Of a DNA stretch of 20,174 nt, positions 9,589-17,989 are shown one piece after another. The stretch's first letter is position 1. Each line of letters starts with the position of its first letter. The notes beneath the pieces are model-generated. The model was not told the origin of the DNA and made no database searches. It saw only the letters and a program-made list of their open reading frames with translations. Source of the stretch: a bacterium. Lineage in GTDB: Bacteria; SZUA-182; DTGQ01. The translations under genes and the position numbers were made by a program. Where the stretch lies: the NCBI GenBank assembly GCA_040752695.1, contig JBFMGO010000110.1, positions 1 to 20,174 of the forward strand, in the 5' to 3' direction.

Positions 9589-11467
9589 TGCCGTAAAACA
9601 AGGATCAGGGATCAGGGATCAGGAACCGGGGAAAACACCTGCTGGCGGTCTTCCTCACCGCTATTCCCTGTCACCTGGTCTGAACATGAGCCTGATTGAA
9701 AGGGAATTATCCAGAAATAAGGGAGAGCATCCGGGAGAACTGGCCTGGCTTGAGGAAAGCTACCGGAACTTTTCAGCCTTCTTTCATGCTCTGAAAACCA
9801 CTCAGGATAGATTTTCCCCTCTGGCAGGAAAAAGCGTACCACTGAAGCGGTACGATTTTTTTTATGACCTCATTACCCGGCACCAGGGAATGACAACCCC
9901 CGCTTTTCGCTGGTATGACCCGGTGCAGGGCTGGCAGGAGATTTCCTACGGCGAACTGGGAGCGGCTGCAACAAAAAAGGCGGCCTTTTGGATCAACTCG
10001 CAGGTCGAGGCCGGTCAGCACCTTTGTATCATGCACCCTTTCGGGGCGAAGTATGTCATATCTCTTCTGGCAGCATGGAAGATCGGGCTGGTGATTTCTT
10101 CCCTGCCGCCTCAGGGGAACCGCTTTTGGCAAAGGCGGCTGGAAGCATTGAATCCGGATCATATCGTAAGTGAGGAGATCTTTTCTCCCTTTTTGCAACC
10201 TTGGCAAGAGCGTCTTTTGCCGGAAGTTCCGGAAATCGCGGAAGTCTCAGGAATGAGTTCAGCAAAAAGCGGCATGGCAACCGGGCGGGCAATTTCCGCC
10301 ACCTTCCCTGCAGGTGCCGTTATCGCCCTGTGCTTTGATCCTTCCAGTCAGACGCCCCACATCCCGGTGGAGTTGACCAGTGATGCTGCCTACCTTTCCG
10401 GCCTGCGGGATGGGATGATTGCCTTGAACCTGCGGCCCGGCCAGGCAGTTGCCGCTCCGGGGTTTCATTTTTTCGAGACTCAGCCGGCCCTGGTAATAGC
10501 GAGTCTTATGACTGGCGGGACGTACATTCATCTTGAGGTGGAGGATATCGCCAAAAATCCGAAGCTGCTGACCGCGTATCCACTTAAGGCTATAGGAGTC
10601 AGCAGCAGGGTGCGCGATCTTTTGTTCCGGCATCCGGTGGAAGCTGGAACCTTCTGGCACTCCTGGTTTCGAAATCCCGCTGAATCGTTTGATCTCGATC
10701 AGTGGCAGTCGTTTATCCAAACGGTAAAACTGGAAGAGGCATATGCAGGAAATCTGAAATGGGATGCGGCCACGGGCGGATGCTCTCTGTTTTCCGTAAG
10801 ACGAAAAGGGCAGGCACATGCTCATGTGCTGCCTTCTGCGGGAGGACCGTGGCGCCTTACTGACCTTTCCGGCAGCGGCCATGAGGCTTTGGGCGATTGC
10901 GGCCTGTTTTCACCATCGGCCATCGACGGTAAAGAAAAAGAGGTGAGAGCCGGGGCGAGTGTTCTGGCCAGAAGACAAAAGGAATGGTTATTTGTGAAAT
11001 CTCTCGTATCCGGCCGTGAAGGCAGAAGGTATCCGCAAAACGAGATTCTGGAAATAATCATGACAGCCCCGGAACTGCCGTATTGCTCATGCTGCTCCAT
11101 GGTGGAGGCACCTGCCCTCGGCGCAAGTGGTGATTTCATGTTTATCTTGCTCATTTTTACCGCCGGTAGGACCGGTATGGCGGGAAGGACCGGTATAAAT
11201 GAAGCTGATATCCATAAAAAAATCATGCGTAAGATTGAAAGAGAAATGGGCAGGGAATTTCTGCCTGATCGTATCCGGTTTTTACCCCTGTTCCCTCGCT
11301 TTGATCAGGGAGGGAAAATCGATCATGAGTGGTGCAAAAGCCAATACCTCAGCGGCAGCTTTTTTCGCAAGTCACAGCGGGAGATTTACCGCTGTCTGGC
11401 GCGCCTGCGCAGATTGGTGAGGGAGGCTAAAGAAAAGGATGAGAGGGGTAAAACCGTGAAGGGATGA
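9581..11467 (+). CDS. Degenerate acyl-CoA synthetase / AMP-binding (ANL superfamily) like protein embedded in the T6SS operon
   Basis: ATG 9581 overlaps the tssJ stop (ATGATTGA), with GGAG upstream. ACS-like segments: 'WQEISYGEL...GQHLCIMHP...SLLAAWKIGLVISSL' and C-terminal 'EMGREFLPDRIRFLPLFPRFDQGGKID'. The TSGTTGxPKG loop is replaced by DPSSQTPHIP. Alternative start at 9686. Confidence 0.65.
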   Translation: MIDAVKQGSGIRDQEPGKTPAGGLPHRYSLSPGLNMSLIERELSRNKGEHPGELAWLEESYRNFSAFFHALKTTQDRFSPLAGKSVPLKRYDFFYDLITRHQGMTTPAFRWYDPVQGWQEISYGELGAAATKKAAFWINSQVEAGQHLCIMHPFGAKYVISLLAAWKIGLVISSLPPQGNRFWQRRLEALNPDHIVSEEIFSPFLQPWQERLLPEVPEIAEVSGMSSAKSGMATGRAISATFPAGAVIALCFDPSSQTPHIPVELTSDAAYLSGLRDGMIALNLRPGQAVAAPGFHFFETQPALVIASLMTGGTYIHLEVEDIAKNPKLLTAYPLKAIGVSSRVRDLLFRHPVEAGTFWHSWFRNPAESFDLDQWQSFIQTVKLEEAYAGNLKWDAATGGCSLFSVRRKGQAHAHVLPSAGGPWRLTDLSGSGHEALGDCGLFSPSAIDGKEKEVRAGASVLARRQKEWLFVKSLVSGREGRRYPQNEILEIIMTAPELPYCSCCSMVEAPALGASGDFMFILLIFTAGRTGMAGRTGINEADIHKKIMRKIEREMGREFLPDRIRFLPLFPRFDQGGKIDHEWCKSQYLSGSFFRKSQREIYRCLARLRRLVREAKEKDERGKTVKG

Positions 11468-11518
11468 AAGTCCGCTCATCACCCGTTAATCGCGTGTTAT
11501 TAAAGAAGGAGAAAAAAC

Positions 11519-12052
11519 ATGGCAGTCCAGGATCAGATTCCTAAATCACGGCTTACCCTCAGATACAGAACGGAGGTCAATGGCCAGCCCGAAGATATAG
11601 TTCTTCCGCTTCGGCTTCTGGTTACGGGCGACTTCTCACAGGGAAGTTCCAAAGACAGCACATTCGATCTGGAGGAAAGGCGAATTCGCAGTGCGGATGG
11701 GAAGAATACGGATGCGATCATGAAAGATATGGGTATGTCCCTGAAATTCACCGTACCGAACAGGATCGATCCGGAAAAAGAGGAGGATCTGCAAGTCGAA
11801 ATTCCCATCGACAGTATGAAATCCTTTTCACCGGACCAGGTAGCGAAGAATATCCCGAAACTGAAAGGCCTGCTCATGTTGAAAGAACTCCTGGAGGAGG
11901 TTCTCTCGAATGTTGATAACAGAAAAGATTTCCGCAATCTTCTGGGAGAATTATTCAGTAACGAAGAAGCTCTGTCAAAAATGGTAGCGGAGCTGAAGGG
12001 CTTTGAAAGCTTCAAGTTACCCTCACCCCGGAATGACTCCCGGAATGATTGA
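11519..12052 (+). CDS. tssB: T6SS contractile sheath small subunit TssB (VipA/IglA)
   Basis: IPKSRLTLRY...LPLRLLVTGDFS...LEERR...SMKSFSPDQVAKNIPKL motifs; strong SD (AAGGAG); paired with tssC. Confidence 0.93.
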   Translation: MAVQDQIPKSRLTLRYRTEVNGQPEDIVLPLRLLVTGDFSQGSSKDSTFDLEERRIRSADGKNTDAIMKDMGMSLKFTVPNRIDPEKEEDLQVEIPIDSMKSFSPDQVAKNIPKLKGLLMLKELLEEVLSNVDNRKDFRNLLGELFSNEEALSKMVAELKGFESFKLPSPRNDSRND

Positions 12053-12123
12053 ATAAATTTGATTTAATATATAATATTATTTAAATATTAATATAATCCA
12101 TAATTGGAGGAGAAACGCACATT

Positions 12124-13632
12124 ATGGCCGACGCAACCCAACAAGCGGTGAAAACCGAGGGGAAAACACAAGAGCTGAGTCTGAAACGCTTCTTGTCAAG
12201 CATGCGCCTCTCTACCGAGATCAATGAGCCGGTCCCGATCATTCAGGATGATCTTCGGGTGGTGAAAGAGGATGTCAGTGATGAGGACCGCTTCATTTCC
12301 GGTATGGCTGCTTTGTTACTCAACATTGATCCAGCCGTAAAACGCCTCGACAAGGGAATGGTGCTGGAAGTGATCGGGCGGATAGATGAGATGGTGAATG
12401 ATCAGCTCAACGAGATTATTCACCATGAAAAATTCAAGCGAATGGAGTCCAACTGGCGGTCCCTGCATCAGTTGATTTTAACTACCAATTTCAAAGCGAA
12501 CATTATGATCGACATCCTGGATGTGAGCAAGGATGAGCTCTACGAGGATTTCGAAAGCAATGCCGTGGATATCCTGGGCAGTGCCTTTTTCAAGAAGGTC
12601 TATGTGGCCGAGTACGACCAATTCGGCGGCAAGCCATACGGCGCCATAGCAGGGCTGTATGAGTTCGATCACACACCGGGAGATGAATTCTGGCTCCGGA
12701 TTATGGGAAAAATCTCCGCTGCCAGTCATGCGCCATTCATCGGTGCGGTATCGAGCAGATTTTTCGGCTGCAACAGCATCGAGGAACTGGCAGCCATCAA
12801 GGATCTTGAAGGGCTTATGAACCAGCCCAAATACGGCTCATGGAACAAACTCCGGGATTCGGAAGAGGCTGCCTATATCGGTCTGGCGCTGCCCAAGATC
12901 ATTATTCGCCTTCCTTACGATCCGGATACCAATCCCTGTAATAATCTATCCTTCAGAGAGAAAGTACGGGGTGACAGCAACGAGGATTACCTCTGGGGAA
13001 GTGCTGTGATTCCCTTTGCCCAGAACATGATCCGCTCCTTTGAGCAGTCCGGCTGGTGCCAGTATCTTCGCGGGCCGAAAGGCGGGGGGCTGGTAGCCGG
13101 GCTGCCGGTGCATATGTTCAATATGCGGGGGGAAGACGAGATAAAGATTCCCGTTGAGATGGCCATTCCGGATTATCGCGAGCTGGAATTTGCCAATGCC
13201 GGATTCATGCCCCTCGTTTACCGCAAAGGCACGGCGGATGCCTGCTTTTTCAGTTGCCAGTCGCTCAAGAAGCCCAAGAAGTTCAAGGACCCGAAGGACT
13301 CGGAAAATTCCCAACTGGTAACCAACCTTTCTTATACCTTTTCCATTACACGCATTGCCCATTATGTCAAGTGTATTATGCGGGATAACATCGGCAGTTC
13401 GGCAGATGCTCCTTATATTAAAAATACCCTGCAAAATTGGATATTTCAATATGTTACCACGGTTGTGGACCCGGATGATCTCACACTCCGTTACTATCCA
13501 TTCAAGGCCGCTTCAGTCACGGTGGTTGAGCGGGAGGGTATGATAGGCTGGTATGATTGCTCCATATCCATACTGCCGCATATCCAGTTTGAAGGAATGG
13601 ATGTAGAACTCAAACTGGATGCACGTCTTTAA
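12124..13632 (+). CDS. tssC: T6SS contractile sheath large subunit TssC (VipB/IglB)
   Basis: QLNEIIHHEKFKRMESNWRSL, EYDQFGGKPY, SHAPFI, RLPY, YLWG, GWCQYLRGPKGGGLV, SITRIAHYVKCIMRDNIGS, PHIQFEG; GGAGG SD. Confidence 0.96.
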   Translation: MADATQQAVKTEGKTQELSLKRFLSSMRLSTEINEPVPIIQDDLRVVKEDVSDEDRFISGMAALLLNIDPAVKRLDKGMVLEVIGRIDEMVNDQLNEIIHHEKFKRMESNWRSLHQLILTTNFKANIMIDILDVSKDELYEDFESNAVDILGSAFFKKVYVAEYDQFGGKPYGAIAGLYEFDHTPGDEFWLRIMGKISAASHAPFIGAVSSRFFGCNSIEELAAIKDLEGLMNQPKYGSWNKLRDSEEAAYIGLALPKIIIRLPYDPDTNPCNNLSFREKVRGDSNEDYLWGSAVIPFAQNMIRSFEQSGWCQYLRGPKGGGLVAGLPVHMFNMRGEDEIKIPVEMAIPDYRELEFANAGFMPLVYRKGTADACFFSCQSLKKPKKFKDPKDSENSQLVTNLSYTFSITRIAHYVKCIMRDNIGSSADAPYIKNTLQNWIFQYVTTVVDPDDLTLRYYPFKAASVTVVEREGMIGWYDCSISILPHIQFEGMDVELKLDARL

Positions 13633-13669
13633 TGAAAAAACAATAACATAGAATAAGGAGGATAATACT

Positions 13670-14260
13670 ATGGCTGAGTTATCGTACAGTTGTAGTGTGT
13701 CTCAGGGATTTAATTTCGAAAAAGATCAACAACCTTTGGTCGGGCATATCAATACTCTTAAAATTGGTGACCAGGAGCTCAAGTCGGACCTTCAGTTGAC
13801 CGATCCTCTGGATGTTTCCAAAGTACCACTTTTAACCGTGTTTGGAGTAGTCAACTCCATTTACTGGGCAGGAGGCTATTCCGATCCGGTGCAGTTCAGT
13901 TGCCAGGTTTCCACAGCGAATAAAAACCTCCTGGCAACACTCCAGCATAAGAAACTGAGCAATACTGAAGTCATCTTCTCCTTTACGATCTATGACTACG
14001 ATCCCACTGCCAAGAAATACTACAAATGCTTTCATACAGATGGTAAGCCGCTGGAGGGCCTTATCTATAAGTCCGGCGGCAGCTTGGCCATGAACATGTA
14101 TACGGAGCAATCAATGGAGGTTCCCTCTCCGAAAAACTACACTTTTGCCCTTGGAGTCATGCCTAAGGATAAGGATGATATGGCCATACAAGTGGCGATA
14201 TCCGAAACCGACAAGTTCGCCAAGAAATGGGGCGTCGGAGTGGTGGCATCTAAAAAATAG
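13670..14260 (+). CDS. Probable T6SS inner tube protein, divergent Hcp / IglC-like
   Basis: 196-aa beta-rich protein between tssC and tssK, the iglC position in iglABCD. Very strong SD (TAAGGAGG) and a downstream hairpin suggest high expression. No recognisable canonical Hcp motifs. Confidence 0.6.
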   Translation: MAELSYSCSVSQGFNFEKDQQPLVGHINTLKIGDQELKSDLQLTDPLDVSKVPLLTVFGVVNSIYWAGGYSDPVQFSCQVSTANKNLLATLQHKKLSNTEVIFSFTIYDYDPTAKKYYKCFHTDGKPLEGLIYKSGGSLAMNMYTEQSMEVPSPKNYTFALGVMPKDKDDMAIQVAISETDKFAKKWGVGVVASKK

Positions 14261-14287
14261 GTATGTTCGATCGTTCACAGGAAAACC

Positions 14288-14331
14288 GGGCGGGCAAAGT
14301 CAGGAGCAGGAAGAATACTCCTGACCCGCCC
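14288..14331 (+). terminator. GC-rich stem-loop after the tube gene (terminator or mRNA stabiliser)
   Basis: GGGCGG...GTCAGGAG pairs with CTCCTGAC-CCGCCC; only a weak U-tract follows. Confidence 0.5.
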
Positions 14332-14387
14332 CCATCTTGATTAAAGGTTATCATAGTTATCAAAAGATAATAAAGCAGAAAAAAGCT

Positions 14388-15635
14388 ATGGCAGAAAAAC
14401 TTGCTCGTGTTCGATGGGAAATGGGACAGACACTCCTTCCTGAGCACTTCCGTGCTCAGGAAGAAGCGCTGATCACTGATACGACCTTGCGGTTTCGTAC
14501 CAGGGGCCTCCCCGGCTATGGAATCGCGGAGCTGAAATGGAACGATACACTCCTTCGGGAAGGTATCCTCATGGCTCATTCCATGACTGTCATTTTGCCT
14601 TCTGGGCTTATGCTGAATGTGCCTGGGAATGCCGGAGTGTCTTCCTTTAACCTGAATGTTCCCGGCATGGTCAGTTTGCCGGTATATCTGCATGTGGTTA
14701 ACCCGCTTTCGCAGGATAACGGCGGAGATGGCCAGAATGCGACAGGAGAAGATCCTATCGTGAGGGTAGTTTACCAATTGATTCTCTCCTCCGATCAGGC
14801 TTATCCCGGTGCTCTGGAAACAATGAAAATTGCCGAATTCATAAAAGATCCTCAAGGGGTCTGGCAGCAGTCAGGAAGCTTTATTCCCCCTCTGCTCCAA
14901 GCAGGCACTTCACCCTACTTAAGATCCGAATTTGCCGAACTGACTCATCTTCTGGAGCTTTTTCACTATAAGTTGACCCAGGAGGTTGCTGCCAGTTACT
15001 TGAGCGGTGAGGGACTGTTCAGCGCCAAGCAGTGTCTGAAAGCTGTCTACCACATCGAGAGGTTTCTGGCTAATGTTTGTGGTCAGATTCATATCCATCC
15101 GTACTATGTCTATGAGGCATTGAAAACCTTCTACACCGAGGTCTGCTTTTTCAGGAATACGACACCGCAAAATACTGCTGATCCGTATAACCATGACCAG
15201 CTTGCTCCCTGCTTTCAGAAAATCCTGGAACCCTTAAAAGAGCAGATGCAACTTGTCCAGGCCAGGTCCCCTTATCGTCCCTTTGAACTCAAGGATGGCA
15301 TGTACCGCATAACCTTCCCTCCAGAGCTCAGACAGGCCAAAGAGATTTACTTCCTCATTCAAAAAGATCATGTAAATATGAAAATTTCCATAGAAGATCT
15401 CAAACTGGCCAGCCTTTCCAGGTTATCTTTGGTGCACAGGCTGGCGCTCCAGGGTATACCTTTAAAAAAAATCGATCGTCCGCCATTCCAGCATTCCTTT
15501 GGTCCGGAAGTCGATTTCTACCTGGCAGCTTATGGAGAGGAAATGGACTATGCTATCCGCGAACTGTCTGTGGCGTTTTATCATCAGGACCAATTTAAGG
15601 AAATGAACTTTTATTTCTACTGGCGGCTGGAATGA
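14388..15635 (+). CDS. tssK: T6SS baseplate protein TssK (IglD-like)
   Basis: N-terminal motif RVRWEMGQTLLPEHFRAQE, plus YGIAELKW, FIPPLL, HPYYVYEAL, YNHDQLAPCF and ALQGIPL, matching the TssK pattern. Start set at ATG 14388. Confidence 0.85.
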   Translation: MAEKLARVRWEMGQTLLPEHFRAQEEALITDTTLRFRTRGLPGYGIAELKWNDTLLREGILMAHSMTVILPSGLMLNVPGNAGVSSFNLNVPGMVSLPVYLHVVNPLSQDNGGDGQNATGEDPIVRVVYQLILSSDQAYPGALETMKIAEFIKDPQGVWQQSGSFIPPLLQAGTSPYLRSEFAELTHLLELFHYKLTQEVAASYLSGEGLFSAKQCLKAVYHIERFLANVCGQIHIHPYYVYEALKTFYTEVCFFRNTTPQNTADPYNHDQLAPCFQKILEPLKEQMQLVQARSPYRPFELKDGMYRITFPPELRQAKEIYFLIQKDHVNMKISIEDLKLASLSRLSLVHRLALQGIPLKKIDRPPFQHSFGPEVDFYLAAYGEEMDYAIRELSVAFYHQDQFKEMNFYFYWRLE

Positions 15636-15745
15636 GGAAGGATGAATGAGGGCGGATGCCGGGTACGGAATACTGGATGTTGATGGATGCGGGATACGGG
15701 TGCAGGGGAGGCCCGGCTAGGCATTACAGGCTATGAGATAAGACC

Positions 15746-15785
15746 ATGAGATACGGCTATATGATATGAGATACGGCTATATGAT
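15746..15785 (+). repeat. Perfect 20-nt tandem duplication in the tssK-tssE spacer
   Basis: atgagatacggctatatgat x2, flanked by partial ATGAGAT copies. Confidence 0.9.
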
Positions 15786-15813
15786 AAGACTAATGAGATG
15801 CAGGAGGGTCCGG

Positions 15814-16188
15814 ATGGCTTTTTTTAACAAATTTACCTATGGCTCCAGGGCAAAAGAGGAAAATGAAGAGCTTCTGGCTATTGTGGAAAATCTGAATAAT
15901 ATTCTCAACATCAAAAAAAATTATGGCTCATTCCTGACCGACCTTGGCATCCGCGACATGAATGAATACACCTCCAGGGACCGTATTACCAAGGCTGTGA
16001 TGGAGGAGGTGAAACAGAATATCGAACGGTTCGAGCCGAGGGTGAGGATTATCGGTATCCAGGAAGAACAGGGCGATAATCCTTTTATGATGTCATTCAG
16101 TATTGAATGCATGATCAGGCAAAATTCGAAATCTTTAAATATGATATTCAATTCTGTTCTCAACAACTTTCGGATAGCTAATCCATAA
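15814..16188 (+). CDS. tssE: T6SS baseplate protein TssE (gp25-like)
   Basis: 124 aa, 'IVENLNNILN...DLGIRDM...IERFEPRV'; SD AGGAGG before ATG 15814. Confidence 0.85.
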   Translation: MAFFNKFTYGSRAKEENEELLAIVENLNNILNIKKNYGSFLTDLGIRDMNEYTSRDRITKAVMEEVKQNIERFEPRVRIIGIQEEQGDNPFMMSFSIECMIRQNSKSLNMIFNSVLNNFRIANP

Positions 16189-16191
16189 AGC

Positions 16192-16321
16192 CAGTTATCA
16201 GTTGCAAGGCATCAATTGCATGCCATCATCAGGTATCAGTTGCACAAGCCATCAGGTATCGGATATCAGCTATCAGGTATCAGTAAAAAACTGAGAGCTG
16301 GAAACTCATAACTGATAACAG
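16192..16321. repeat. Heptamer (TATCAGN) array followed by inverted (NCTGATA-like) copies
   Basis: cagttatcagtt...ggtatcagtt...atcaggtatcggatatcagctatcaggtatcagt, then an A-run, then actgagagctggaaactcataactgataac. Confidence 0.75.
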
Positions 16322-16342
16322 TCCTTACACCGGAGAGAGAAA

Positions 16343-17971
16343 ATGTTTACCGATACTTTAGAACTGAAATTCACCTTAACCGCTGGTGGAAAAAATTTTA
16401 AGATACCAGCCGGGGATATCAAAGCCTTCACTATGGATCTTCATCCATACGGCTTTACCTGCCAGGTGAATTTTTGGGTATCCAATGAACAGAAAGCCGA
16501 TGACTTGTTTCCCTTCTTTGTAAGACCCGACCTGATAAGGGCGAATCTGGAGGTGGTTTCCTATTACAATCCCATGCATCTGGCTCTTGAAGCCTTGAAG
16601 CTTCAGGGGCTGGTAATGCAAAAATCCATTCTCAACGAGCGCACTATCGAAAATGTCAATCTGCAGCAAGACCCTGTCATTTACCGCTACTACCAGATCA
16701 CCTTTGCCGATCCTGCCTCTGTTTTATGGCGGCAGCATTTTCCCTGTGATTTACTGACCGACAAGACGGTGAAAGACCTTTTGGATGCCCACAAGGGAAG
16801 CGAAGTAACCTTGAAATACGATTGGGACGCTCTGGATAAGCAATTTGCCATTAATACGCTGGCCTTGGGAGTAGAGGCAAATCAAGCCAGTTTCTATGAC
16901 TTTGTCCTCTGGTTCGTATCCACTATGGATGGTGTCCTGACCTATGACTGCAACGAGAATACCTATACCCTTTCAAAAACCAAGAAGGAGGATGGTCAAC
17001 CGGCTGAGCTGGCCGAGCTGGATGTTGAGAGTTTGCAGATAGAGTTTCCAGAAACGATCAGGCATAGTGCCGATTTACTCAATGCCTGCTCGGAAGATCC
17101 AAGGCGCGAGCCTGTCGAGCAGTCCCAGGCTGTCAGCGGTGTCCGGCATGATTACATTGGCAGATTCGTAATCTCTTCCGATTTCGCAGACCGCAAAAAC
17201 CTGGAAAGCCAGAGGCTCAAGGTCCGTGAGCATGAGCTTTACGCTGTTTTTCGCAATTTCCCGCTCATTCCCTACCGGCCCGGCTGCCTGATCGAGCTTG
17301 CAAAAGAGGGCTGGAGCAAGAAGCTTTTCGCGCAAGGCAAGGTCTACCGGATACGGGACATTTCCTTTGCGGCCAATGCTGCGCAAAGAGAGGTTACTGC
17401 CGGTCACAACCTGCCGTATGGCAAATTCGATATCGATATGAAGTCGCGGCTCGAGCTGAAAAGTGAAAAATGGACTGACCTTCCCCAATTCCAATTACCC
17501 CTGTTTCCTCTGTGCGTAGAGGGGAGGATCAAGAGTGAAATAGGCGAAGACAACGAAAACACCTATCAGATCTACCAGGACCGGGAGACATCGCTGGACC
17601 AGTACCGGGTGATTATTCCACTTTTCGATAACCAGGAAGTGGTTGTGCCGTTTGCACCCGATTTCCTGATGGGGCACTTTTACTTTCCTGTTTATAAAAA
17701 CGCACGGGTCCTGGTGGCGATCGGGTTTCACTCGGCCCGGATCGAGCAATTCCTTGACTGGGGTCCGGGGGCCAGACTTCCCATGGACACTCAGGGAAAT
17801 CATATCTTCCTGGGGAAATGGAAAGATGCCAAAAACCAGACTTCCATCAACCATGTGTATGTGGATGAAAAACCGGTGCTCAATGTAAAGCGGACCTCGG
17901 AGGTAGATACTCAGATGGTTAAATTGGAAGAAGGCAGGCTGGTTATGGAAGTAAAAGAAGAGGAACAGTAG
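16343..17971 (+). CDS. VgrG-like baseplate hub (gp27-like + OB-fold) without the long gp5 beta-helix; PdpA-like role
   Basis: 542 aa after tssE. 'YQITFADPASVLW', 'SFYDFVLW' and 'PGCLIEL' align by eye with gp27-like VgrG segments; the OB-fold-like 'GHFYFPVYKNARVLVAI' is near the C-terminus. GGAG SD. Confidence 0.65.
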   Translation: MFTDTLELKFTLTAGGKNFKIPAGDIKAFTMDLHPYGFTCQVNFWVSNEQKADDLFPFFVRPDLIRANLEVVSYYNPMHLALEALKLQGLVMQKSILNERTIENVNLQQDPVIYRYYQITFADPASVLWRQHFPCDLLTDKTVKDLLDAHKGSEVTLKYDWDALDKQFAINTLALGVEANQASFYDFVLWFVSTMDGVLTYDCNENTYTLSKTKKEDGQPAELAELDVESLQIEFPETIRHSADLLNACSEDPRREPVEQSQAVSGVRHDYIGRFVISSDFADRKNLESQRLKVREHELYAVFRNFPLIPYRPGCLIELAKEGWSKKLFAQGKVYRIRDISFAANAAQREVTAGHNLPYGKFDIDMKSRLELKSEKWTDLPQFQLPLFPLCVEGRIKSEIGEDNENTYQIYQDRETSLDQYRVIIPLFDNQEVVVPFAPDFLMGHFYFPVYKNARVLVAIGFHSARIEQFLDWGPGARLPMDTQGNHIFLGKWKDAKNQTSINHVYVDEKPVLNVKRTSEVDTQMVKLEEGRLVMEVKEEEQ

Positions 17972-17989
17972 GAAAAGGTATCAGTTTTA

